57,013 bases of DNA, taken from positions 1-57,013 of the forward strand of contig JBDOQK010000088.1 of the NCBI GenBank assembly GCA_040437565.1. The letters run 5' to 3'. The notes below the pieces were generated by a model. The model was not told where the DNA came from. It saw only the letters and a list, made by a program, of their open reading frames with translations, and ran no database searches. The position numbers and the translations under genes were made by a program. Position 1 is the first letter of the stretch, and each line of letters opens with the position of its first letter. Below are positions 13,410-24,659 of this stretch, piece by piece. The DNA comes from Albugo candida. Taxonomy: Eukaryota.

Positions 13410-13920
13410 GTTGTAAGTGTCGTGCACCGTATCATCTGCAGGCTTACACAATTAAGTATCGGGAATTATATCAAACTACTGTTGCTTACATTCTGTGAGA
13501 GCAAAACATTGGTAGAGATAGCTTTCACATATTATAGCCTTGTAAATTGATGCAGCAACGTTTCATGGAGTTTTATCGGCCACCCAATTTGTTCTGTGCC
13601 AATAAGGGAGCGCACGAGACATCGAGTCCAGCTATTATCGCCAACGAAGCTCGGGAAGCATTCTTCCACATGAATAATACGAATGCGCTTAAACAGTAGC
13701 CGAATAAGACGCCGACCTTGAGAGTTGAGCTAACTCGAAGACCAAGCTGGATGAAGTGGTCAATGTAAGTCCCTTGCATTATCAGATTCCTCCGAGAGCG
13801 TACAGTTTCTAACCCATCATCTTACTGTAAAAGCTATCGTACAGATGCTAGCAGTGAGCATATAAATTCATCTCCTATTGCCTTTTCCGGTCCACATAGG
13901 GCAAGTAGCCAAATACCTGC

Positions 13921-15510
13921 ACTAGGAGAATCAGCATCAAAGCAAAAAGCCGAATCAGCCGAAGAAATCCGTGCTGAATATTTTCAGCCCCTGCTCGCAC
14001 TTCTTTTTCTGATTTTGGCTTTGCAAGAAAGTGTCCCATGCAACTCGTCCAATCATCCCCTAAATTATGGTCAGTAATGCATAGCGGGCTACGGAATCTG
14101 TGAAGGTGCTGGAGAATTGAAGTGGGACGTTGTCTACTCGCTGTTGTACAAAGACGACGGTAAAAGACGAAGCACGGAGGATTGTACGGAAGNNNNNNNN
14201 NNNNNNNNNNNNNNNNNNNNNNNNNNNNNNNNNNNNNNNNNNNNNNNNNNNNNNNNNNNNNNNNNNNNNNNNNNNNNNNNNNNNNNNNNNNNATACCTGC
14301 ACTAGGAGAATCAGCATCAAAGCAAAAAGCCGAATCAGCCGAAGAAATCCGTGCTGAATATTTTCAGCCCCTGCTCGCACTTCTTTTTCTGATTTTGGCT
14401 TTGCAAGAAAGTGTCCCATGCAACTCGTCCAATCATCCCCTAAATTATGGTCAGTAATGCATAGCGGGCTACGGAATCTGTGAAGGTGCTGGAGAATTGA
14501 AGTGGGACGTTGTCTACTCGCTGTTGTACAAAGACGACGGTAAAAGACGAAGCACGGAGGATTGTACGGAAGGAACTAAACAAAGTGACAAAAAAAGAAA
14601 AAACGTTTCGAGGTAGCGTCGAATGGCTTTTATCCGAAGCGTTCTTCCCAGCGTTCATGGGCCGATTTAGCGCGTCGCATGTTTCGTTGAAGGAATTGTC
14701 AGAGCTAAGGCACGATTCTATCTTACATACGTCAATGATGATGCTGCTAAAAAAATCAGCCGTGTTTCATTGCGAGCAACCTTTCGGGCGCGTATTATCG
14801 CCGGCTCTCACGAGCGTACGGCTCGTGATCACCTATTTGAAGATTCGTATTACGCGCTCCGAATGCGCAGCAGCGAGGGATTACGTCGAAAGCTTCACAT
14901 TGCATTCACCGTAGAAGAAGAGATTGATACAGGCGGCGTCATATGCGAAAGGTAGCTCGCTCGAGAGATCTTCAATACCAATGACGTCTTCTTCACCTCA
15001 GCAGCCGATTCTTCGACATTTCAGCCGAATGCATTGATATCTCCGCTACACTGGATTCTGAAAGCGGTTGGGAAAGTCTTAGCAGATGGCCAGCTCTTTG
15101 ACGCACACTTTACGAGATGGTTTTACAAACATATGCTTTAGCTTGTGATCTCCTATCACGACATGGAGGCGATTGATCCCGACTATCATCGCAATTTGCA
15201 TGCAATATTGAAGCATCCGATTCCATCGTTGAGGTTGGAATTGACTTTTTCAGCGGCACATTCGAATACCGGGTGATTGGAAATTGTCGATTTGATCCCA
15301 AATGGACAAAGTGTGCGCGTGAAGGATGCGAATAAAAGGGCGCATGTGAAGTTGTGGACACTTTATCGAATGGCGGCAGGTATCCGACAGTAAATGGACC
15401 ATTTTTGCGAAGGATTTCATCAATCGGTATCACCGAATCTCATCTCCATTTTCGATGAAAACGAATTGGAACTGCTACTCTCTGGGATACCCGATATCGA
15501 TATCGTAATC
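13921..15510 (+). pseudogene. HECT E3 ubiquitin ligase (HUWE1/UPL1/Tom1-like) C-terminal fragment, disrupted
   Basis: Fragments RDHLFEDSYYALRMRSSEGLRRKLHIAFTVEEEIDTGGV, LAREIFN, VGKVLADGQLFDAHFTRWFYKHML, YHDMEAIDPDY, EIVDLIPNG and [21 protein letters not shown] lie in mixed frames with stops. It ends before the catalytic C-lobe. The 5' boundary is approximate and includes the gap overlap 13913-14192 = 14293-14572. Confidence 0.85.
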
Positions 15511-16202
15511 TTCGTGTCAATAAGGAGTACGCGAATGACAAGCCGATCGATTGACAGTGTGTGACTTTGTTTATCTTTTCTTCACACTCCTCCAACGCTC
15601 ATCGGTTCTTATCAATCAAATGATTATACAGCGTTTGACATAGAGAATCAGTCCACAATGAGGTTTGCTCCAATTATTGACAAGTTTGACGAAAAATTAC
15701 GGTCGAGAAGAGCGATGACAATCATTTCGATAAAGCCGTTTGGTGACAACTGCATTGAATTGTGGGATGACGTGTGTTTGCAGTATATGAAAAACCTCAG
15801 TAAAACCAAATCGCAATATACGACATATCACGTCAAAGACATTAGCTGTACAGTCGATACAACGTATCAGACAATTTATGTTAATGAAACTGTGAGCTCT
15901 CTATTCGAATTGGAATTTGTGCAATACACACAATCGCTCACCTGATATAATGCTGAGACATCAACGATGTGTCATTCTAATCGTGATGATGACGTGTACG
16001 TAAGGGTAAAAACCTTCTCACAAAACAGCTGCTTGGTGTGACTTCAACACAGAATTCTTGCGATGACGCCATTTTCAATCAAGTTTAACGGGTGAGAGTG
16101 GTTCTACTACGACATCGCGACAGCCGTAAACTGGCTTATTCTCGCAGCCGTGTTCTTGTTCATATTTGATTTAACTCCACCTTCCGCAGTCACCTTGGCA
16201 TT

Positions 16203-16940
16203 ATGAAGCAAGTTCGAGTCCCTAATATTGTTGCACTAGGATTTTTCTCGTCAATTTTACGAATTGCTGAATCTGATAATAAGCTCAAACTTCCCATGAT
16301 ATGTGGTACAGATGACCTTAGTCGGAAGCCAGAGCCAATGTACCTATGTATGAGAAGTTTAGAGAAGACTTGGGGGACCTGGACATTTCCGGAACTCAGC
16401 TCCAAAATTATCGAGGGCGAATCTACAAACACTAATTTCCCGGAGTTACAAGTTGAATCATTTGGCTTGTTTATCCTCTCATTTACCTCGAAGGTTGACA
16501 AGGAGGACGAAAAGAGTTTTACAACATACGTTTCATCGACTCCGAACACATGGAGAATACAAGCTGATGTTTTCCACTACAACAAAGACAAGCAAACGGA
16601 CAAATCCGCGCTCATTTCTGCAGTCTGTGTTGTCGGTATAGAAGCTGATTCTAGGGAAACAATACTTCCTATGCCACTGCTACAACTGGAGGAAGGCAAT
16701 ACCAACGATCTTATTCTAGAATTATCTGGGTTGCAATTGAAAGTCAAACGTGACGAAGTACACTTTGAAGATGCTAATAAGATACTTCTCGGTATAGCAG
16801 TGCTGAAGCAGCTGACGTTCAAAATGAGTAGAGAGCATACTGATGGTGTCGAAAAACACAAATTGACTCTGAAGGGTTTTGATCCCCTACAAAGAAATTC
16901 TCTTCAAGAAGCTAGAGCTATTTTTTTTGGAAAGAAGTAA
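16203..16940 (+). CDS. Secreted protein, 245 aa, putative degenerate pepsin-fold (C-lobe-like) without catalytic motif
   Basis: Intact single-exon ORF with an N-terminal hydrophobic segment. TWRIQADVF, VGIEADSRETILP, DLILELSGLQLKVKRDEV and ILLGIAVLKQLTFKM occur in the order of pepsin YWQI, AIVDTGTSLLTGP, PDIVFTINGVQYPLSP and WILGDVFIRQYYTVF. Confidence 0.65.
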   Translation: MKQVRVPNIVALGFFSSILRIAESDNKLKLPMICGTDDLSRKPEPMYLCMRSLEKTWGTWTFPELSSKIIEGESTNTNFPELQVESFGLFILSFTSKVDKEDEKSFTTYVSSTPNTWRIQADVFHYNKDKQTDKSALISAVCVVGIEADSRETILPMPLLQLEEGNTNDLILELSGLQLKVKRDEVHFEDANKILLGIAVLKQLTFKMSREHTDGVEKHKLTLKGFDPLQRNSLQEARAIFFGKK

Positions 16941-17319
16941 TAGACTTCTCAGGAGCGTTTCACGCCTGACTGTTTCCTTAATCTGGCAACAAACGCCTTG
17001 CTTTGACATTAATCGTGTCACTTACTAGGAGGGAAATTATTCATTGACGCAGCAATTTCGTGCTCTCAACGAAGTGATATGTCAATTTTTTTGATACTTC
17101 CGACATCCAGCCCATAGTTCCTGCAAATTCCTTTCGTTTACGATGCGGCTCTTCTCTTCATATGTATTGGACCGGTAGGACAATCTCGGCGTCATCTCAA
17201 TACGCTTTGCAATGTTTCTACTTCCGATTGGTTCATTCGACTCGTCCATCAACCTGAGGTTGCCGAGTTGAAGCAGCTTGACGAAGAGCGTATCTCCTGT
17301 GCATCCATTAGAGTCGCAC

Positions 17320-18290
17320 TTTAATCATTCCAAGAGCGTTGTGGATATTGTAGATGTGGAAGTCAGTGTGTCTTCTGTCGCTGCACCATACTTCATACCA
17401 AGCACCCTGTCTGCTATCATTTTCAGCTGCATTGTTTATCATGATATGAATGCCAAGAATACGATCGTTATCTTTCTGCGCCAAGATTTTTCAATCCAAC
17501 TGTTTCATCGACCGCACGCGCACGGAAGTTTAAAATTATTGAAATTCGACGACATTGTATGGACATCCTTCTTTTCCAACTTCAGGATGAGTATCAATGA
17601 CACCTGGGATCGCAATGTAATTCAGATGCCACGATTTCCCAACATATTTCAACAGCTTCAATCATTCGTCTTCAGCCCTATGAGCCAACATCGAACCAGT
17701 AATCACATCACTACTCGTATAGATACTGGGAATCGCAGTTTGGAAATAATCATCGACTTGAATCCGTCCCTTGAGTACCCATACTCTCAGCCATTCATTA
17801 ATGGTCGACGCCCGGTGGCTACCAGGACGACACTACGCTTCATACTGGTCTCATTCCCTCCTTTCGGGTCTTTGTCGCACTATCTCCATTCACTTCGGTC
17901 GAGGTCGCAATTTTTGGAACTGGAAACCTTGTTTCGAAAGTGTTTTTGCCCATTCTCGACCTAATTCGATGTCAAGACCAGGACACACATGATTCTAGTA
18001 CTCGACCTCATGGACATTTGCACTCAACGTCTATAGACGGATCAGAGCTGTAATGTAATAACTCCAGTACCCAGCACATTCAGAGTGGAGAAAGGCTTTG
18101 GATGGGGTTAAGACAAGGTCCACCAAGTAAACCAAGAGACTTGATTCAGGCGGTCTCTTTTCAAATAGGGTGGCTTTGATAACAGCTACGTAGCCTCTAG
18201 CTCCATCTCCAACGACTACGAGGTTATATTTAGCAAAACTGGCAAAGAATCGACATTACCGAGCCTTTGCGCTATAAAGAAATGCACGAC
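17320..18290 (-). pseudogene. DLD: Dihydrolipoamide dehydrogenase (E3) pseudogene with internal deletion
   Basis: Minus strand reads [87 protein letters not shown] and GMKYGAATED, with many stops and frameshifts. Confidence 0.85.
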
Positions 18291-18924
18291 AAGATGAGAA
18301 TCGTACTTAGTGGAGAGAGCGATATCATTCGTGATAATACAGAATACAATTGAGAATTACAAATAAAGGCTGTTTTGGTACAACTTAAAGGCTTAGCATA
18401 TGAGATGAATAAGCCGATCAATGTGCATTCGTGTTCGCAAAAACAGAACCCGGTCGCGCTTATCGGTCGAAAATCTAAAATGATATTCAGCAATCGAATG
18501 CCAATGAATTGGATACTGCCATAGGTGTGAGAGACCATGCTCAGGAAAACCTTGATAATGTGGCACGATGCCACATTAAGCCACATTGTAACGAAATTAG
18601 TGTACAAAGACATCTTACATTTGTATTCCAAATGTGGTGGCAACTCATTTACTTGAAGCTTTATGAGGAACTCCAAACATTCAGAATGAAGGCAGCCAGC
18701 ACAGTCTTTGAAACTCGAAATTAGTACATGAATGGCGCCTTTCTCATCTCTCGAGGATACATTCTCTTGCAAATATACGACTCGATAGCTATGTCCGTGA
18801 ACTTTGCAGTCATAGAAATGAGTTGCGATACAATGGGCTTTATATATTCAGCGCTTCCACAGTACTGACTTTCAAAATGAAAAGAGACGGAATCAACAGT
18901 ACACAAATTACACACTTTACGCAT
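18272..18924 (-). pseudogene. Frameshifted Cys-rich secreted protein gene
   Basis: Correcting a +1 base near the ATG and a -2 in a TA run gives MRKCVICVLLIPSLFILKVSTVEALNIYKAHCIATHFYDCKVHGHSYRVVYL, which joins ORF 18272-18772 (..SSFKDCAGCLHSEC..). Confidence 0.5.
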
Positions 18925-21412
18925 TGTTCAGATCCCTCATCTCACTTTGTTATCTGACTTGTGATGTACCTTTTGCCGGCACAGAAAAAGAGTTTGTTTC
19001 TTAAATCTCCGATAAATACTTTCATTGCACTGAGATTTCTCTGTTTGTACTATTTATCAACTCGCCCACGAAATCGAAAGGTTTATAGAGCTATATAGAA
19101 TCGGATAACTCTCAGCTTCATTTGACGCACTTTACAGAGGTATTGACGTACTTGATCATTGCAATTTTGGCAGTAGTCAACTTGCATTTCTAGTAGGATT
19201 TCCTCGTGAACTAATTACGTGTGTCGGCTTGATAGAGAAACAACACTCAAATAAGATGCACTGGATTTGCTTTATGTTCGGAGAGAATGTTGCTTTCATG
19301 TACGACTGAGATGTGATTTACAAGTGCCACCAATGCGCCATGCCCACGTCTTGTTTCAGTAGAAGAACGTGGACACCATACTGCTGGCTTCACGTGATAC
19401 AATAAGTAGCACAGGGATTCAACATGGCATTTTGGAAGCCACGACCTTTAGAAAACGAAAATAAGGTATATCAAGCAGTAGAGAAAGCCCATGGAGTAAT
19501 CTGAGAATAATCTCACAATCTACACGAAATGGTGGATTATGTACGGATCTGTTCACTCTGTTCAGTGGATAACACAATATGCGGTTTTACAGAGAGATTC
19601 GTATGAAATGCGAAATCCTGTCTTCTGTTCCCCATGTGCGATTACTTGATAATTGAGTCGTAAAGTATTTGACTTTCATTTGGATTCCATTAGTCGAGCA
19701 ACAATAGTTATCCTTTTCTCCGTTCATTCCGACATCGCTACTGTTCATGTATGGCTATTGTAAGAGTTGTGAGGATCAGAAAACGCGTAAAAGCAAACAC
19801 TTAAAAAAGAAAGCTTACCAAAAGAGCGCTTCGCCTCAAACGCTCGCTACAATGGAGTGAAAATACAGTCTTCCGGACATGAGTATCCCCGTCAAGCACT
19901 TCCCAACGAAGCTCCACTCTCGGAATTTGGATTTTCGCTCACACTGCAGTAGAGACTCCGATGAGATCAGTGATGCGCTACGTGCCATTCCATACCAGCC
20001 GTAGACGCGAGGCGCTACTACCTCTTCCATACTGAACTATATATACGATTTTGGTCCATTTGACGCTACAGCAGCCATATCCGTCCAGAAGACATTTATA
20101 CCATGATGAATGACGCTCCCTCCAATTACAGTCAAGAAAACGTTCATGTACCTCTCTATTCCGAAAGTCTCTTTGGCCAAGGCTCAAGGAATCTATCACG
20201 TGATTTAGAATTTGTAGGTGCCGGAATCCGTGTCACGCATACAGTGAATTCTCTGGGTATTCGGTTTCATTGTCATAAATGATTCATTGTCATAAATTAC
20301 TTTTTACGTTGTTTGATATTATGAATTGTCTGCGCAGTTTGGCAACCTCTGCGAATTATCATTTGTGATTTGAAATTAACGAAAATGTGCGATCTGTATG
20401 AATCATTTATAACTGGTTGTCGCCAAGATCGGAAACAACATTCTGAGAATCGAGAGTGGGCCACTGCTCGAATTATCTCAGTACTCGTCTAAATTATCGT
20501 GAACGATATTGACGGATAGTCATTCGTGAAATCTGTGTGTTTTGCGGGTGTGTTTTTGTCGCGCCAAAAAGCGTGTGTGGATCTAATTCCCCTCTCAATG
20601 AAATAAGAGAACAAAGTACTGCACAATCAGCTCGGCGTATAATTGAGAAGAGGCGAATAACCTTTCAAATGAGCACCCGAGGGAGATGAATTAGATGGCG
20701 TGGCTCGTTTAATTACTCGACAAAGCTAATTTACGCGCAAGTGTTCAGAATTAATCAAATCCATATGAATACGTGCAATCATATAAGCGTATATATATTT
20801 TTCTTATGCGGTTTCTCTTATAGCACGAGGCAGCAACCGTCTATCATGAAGGCACAAACAGAGGCGATAGATTCTCCGGTCGCATTTGACGTAAAAAAAC
20901 CGATGTTACCGAACTAGCGGATGTTTAACAACACTCGTATATGTAGGAGAGTAGCTGACCCAATTCTTACTGCTCGATTATGCGAAATGAAGTGTACAGT
21001 CAGCAAATGGGAGCTGCTTTTTTACGTATTCTAATTGCATGAACAAACTTTGATACAACTGATTTGATCCCTGGCGCATCTATAGGGTTACTTACACTGA
21101 TGTGTTGGTTTTACCAACCTATGACGCAAGATGATATACGCTGATGCGCTGTCTTCCTTTCCTCTATGACGGAACATGATGCAGTACCCTCTAGATACGT
21201 TGACCCCTATGCACTATGACAGGTAAACCAAGTATAGTCCATACTACACAGCCAAATCATCCAGTTGCAAGCTCATCTATTCGTATAAGCTTGTTCACTT
21301 GTGCGTTTTTACCTGTATAGCCTATTTTTTCCAGTAGTCATGTATGAAAAGGCTTGGTGTAATAACCATGTCCTAAACTGGTTGGGAACCTTCATCACAC
21401 TTTCCAAGTCGT

Positions 21413-21428
21413 TCACTATTCAATTTCC
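21413..21428 (+). promoter_or_regulatory. Oomycete INR/FPR core promoter
   Basis: TCACTATTCAATTTCC closely matches YCAYTYYNCAWTTTNC, 34 nt upstream of ATG 21447. Confidence 0.6.
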
Positions 21429-21446
21429 CAACAAGCATCTCAACTC

Positions 21447-21959
21447 ATGATCTCTCCAAAGCTTCTGGTCGTTAACTTTATGGCACTCACTGCTCTTCAT
21501 CTGATAGCAAACACAGCTGGTGAGGATCCAGTATCGTTCAACCCTGGAGCTGTTTGTGGTATGATGCAACTGGATGAGAGACTTCGTAAAGTCTACAAAA
21601 GAGATTGTGTAAGAGGACTAAAGCCTCAAGGTTGCGACGTCCCATCTAAAAAGTTCACAAATCATTGTTTACAAAAACTGCCTACATATTGCAAAGGCCG
21701 ACTTGTAGAATACCAGAAGAAAATTTTCGATAACTTAGGAGTCTCTAGAGCTGGTGATATTACTAAGATTCCTGATAATTTCCCGCTTCATAAGTTGTTC
21801 AGTCAACATGGGTATATGAATAGCCCCTATGAAAATGCGGTCAGAGAATACGTAAGGTCACACAAACCGGAATTCATTTTTGATGATGCAACTGTCGGAG
21901 AAGCTTTACTTATATTTTTAGTTGTGGAAGATTCAGCTAATAATCCTTGCAAGAAATAG
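21447..21959 (+). CDS. Secreted Cys-containing orphan protein, 170 aa, candidate effector
   Basis: Signal-peptide-like MISPKLLVVNFMALTALHLIANTAG, six Cys in the mature part, INR/FPR upstream, isolated in intergenic DNA. Confidence 0.75.
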   Translation: MISPKLLVVNFMALTALHLIANTAGEDPVSFNPGAVCGMMQLDERLRKVYKRDCVRGLKPQGCDVPSKKFTNHCLQKLPTYCKGRLVEYQKKIFDNLGVSRAGDITKIPDNFPLHKLFSQHGYMNSPYENAVREYVRSHKPEFIFDDATVGEALLIFLVVEDSANNPCKK

Positions 21960-23869
21960 TAAAATCAAAAGTCTTTTCTCACGCTCGTCTTTTATTCCAT
22001 ATTTCGCTTCCCTTCGGTGGACATGAGCCTTTTTTAATGTCTTCTCTACCACCACTCATAAGTGCGTCAGCCATGCAAAACTTAAGGATACGTACGATAC
22101 ATAAGCATGCGAAGAGAAATGGTTTGGGAAGGTTTGTGATGAAGATTATGCTTACAAGAGACGATCACGGCGATGTAGACATATCTTTCAAGCTTTCAAT
22201 TACAACTCTTATACAATTATTGGTATATTTGATCGTATGAAAGGTCCATTGAGGCTCCAACTTCGGTTAAAGAGCTTCATAAACAGGACGAGACACGAGT
22301 TATACAGCAGGCATAATCTCTTAGTGGAATACATTTAGCACGTGCAGTTTATCGAGATTACGTTATGGGGCGAGCTTTCAAATGTTGGACAACTAAAACG
22401 ATGCTCCTACAGCAGCGCGTTTGTTGGTATCGATTTCCAAACACTGCAGAGCTGCCAAAGAACTATAGTTTCGCAATCCAAGGAATGTAAGTCCCTGCCA
22501 GAGACTCTCTTTATACATGACTGCAAACACTTCTCCTGGACAGGTTGTCGACAGGCGCGTTTGCTAATCAGGCCCGCTAGTTCGATTAAGCGTCAGTATG
22601 TCTTGCACGTGCAGCGATTTGGGACGCTTAAGATTCGAAGCGAGTTTAAAATGATGTAGAGGCACTGATGCGTAAATATACAATATACGTTTCATTGAAC
22701 GGGAAACGATGCGTTGTTATCGAATCATGGTTCTCTTCATCTCTGTTTAGCGATTCGGCGATTGCTCGTCTATCTATCTCGCTTCATGAGTTTCCAAGGA
22801 TGCCATGCCACGACTTCTCGCAGTAAATATGCTTATTTGCGAGCGTAAAAACAGAAATGGCGAGTACGAAATCAAGATACTCATTATCGCTAGCAAAAGA
22901 TATCAAATATATAGACTTTATGCGCATCCCGCCTTGTTAGATCCTGTCTGTCCCAGGTGATAATCCACGACACATACGATGCATGTCAGAAATTACATAC
23001 ACCTCTTACGAACTCTTATCTCCTCGGCGAATATGGTGCAGTGGTTCGAGGTCCATGGAAAGCCCGTTCTATACCGATCCGATATCACAATCATCGAGTC
23101 TGAGGGGCTTTTCTCTGCTACAAAAGATTGCCTGAACGGGCTAATGCGCCCGACGCAATCGTCTACACGTAATGCAATTCGGATAGAGTTTGACCGTACA
23201 AACAGTATTTGACGTATCTGCCAGACACTGTGATGTTTTATTTTCTACCAGCCACCACGACGGAATATACGCAATGATCGCATTCCTGTCAAGGTTCACT
23301 TTTTGGAGGATCTAATTTACTTTATCTAGAGAAGGAGTGTGTGTACTGCCTCGTTGAAAATCACAGCTTTTACTCGTCACTGGGAAATGGTCACAGTTGA
23401 CGCATCGAATCACTAGTTGCAGGGAAAGTGTACCATACTTATCCGTAATCCAGCAGTTGGGTCGATTATAACAGATAGCTGTGCAAAATTGCACAAACAG
23501 GCCAGACTGCTGTAAGCCTCGGAGGGACAGCGACACTGTCGCGGAAGGATAGCAAAAAAAAGATGGTGTACTTGTAGAAAATTGATGAATCCGCGTTTAC
23601 ATTTTGCAAAATAAAATCCGATTTTATCGTGAACACCAAGAACCAAGTGCGACTAGAAACCTAGAGCACTACTTTAGGTCCTTAGAATTCTTTTTTGGTC
23701 GCACTTGAACTTGTTTAATCTTCAACTTGCACCATTCAATTACGTAACTTCCATATCTGTCCCAGTTGAAAAATTTGGTGTTGAAAACGCCATTCTCTGC
23801 AGCTCGGCCATCACCTTCGATGTATGCGCGTGTCTTCGTGTGATAATTGTTTCACCATGCAAGCTGTGA

Positions 23870-24340
23870 CGTTTCTAGGCGCTCATCAATGAGTTTAGCC
23901 TTCATTAAAGTGGCTTCGTTGAGAAAGTTACTCACAGCCGCCTGGTTATCCATGCACGAGATCATTGACCCCTTCAGTCTGACTTTTTACCCTTTGAATA
24001 ATTCATTTGCTTCACGTACTTCTTATGATGCCCCCGATGCATTTACAAAATCAAAATGCTTCCATCGCTGATGATGATACTGAGGCCTGCGTCTTTGCAC
24101 GACTAGCTGATCAAAATGTCAGTCAAGAGAATGCTGCACGGATATGCTTTTTCTTGTTTCATCATTCACCGCATAATAAGCATTGAAAACTCTTCTAAAG
24201 GGACTTCTCGTGGATTGATGCATACTTCACCACCCAAATAAAACTTCAGAGTTTTTGTACCCTTGTAAATTCATCACACTCCACGCCCAATTGGCAATGT
24301 CGGTCCACAAGTACGTCTCGTTAGCTGTGCATTGCAAAAT
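23870..24340 (-). mobile_element. Ty1/copia LTR retrotransposon relic (end of RT plus RNase H)
   Basis: Minus strand reads TRKSIS, LIS*SCK, QASVSSSAMEA-DFVNAS and MDNQAAV..NEA...KAKLIDER, matching copia RNase H motifs KQ.SVSLSTMEAEF, DNQAA and KHIDVR. Boundaries are approximate. Confidence 0.7.
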
Positions 24341-24659
24341 TGATGTGGATACTTTTACTTCGCTTGGTATATCCTTAACTGAAAAGACCTAGGTCCTAGT
24401 TTGCTACTCTGTGCTACCTTTAAGCCTATCGTTATATATATTCTAGAAGCTTCGTAGTGACGTCATGGCGTATCCAATATGTCTTTAGTTGTGTAGCCCT
24501 ACCACAACTGGCTACGTTTCCTATCGGGCCGCCTGGTGCGCGCGGCACGACAATTGATATCGAGGCGGGTGCAGCGCCCAAACCATAAAAGGCTGCCATG
24601 GGACCGCGCCAGCTCATTTCAAGTTGTCTATATAATTAGACCAACTGAAATCTCTAAAT

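Noticed and set aside
15535-15945. ORF 15658-15945 with an in-frame upstream ATG and one stop
   Set aside because: No recognisable family and only a weak leader; not enough support.
17278-17964. 228-aa plus-strand ORF
   Set aside because: Antisense shadow of the DLD pseudogene; TTG start and no protein-like features.
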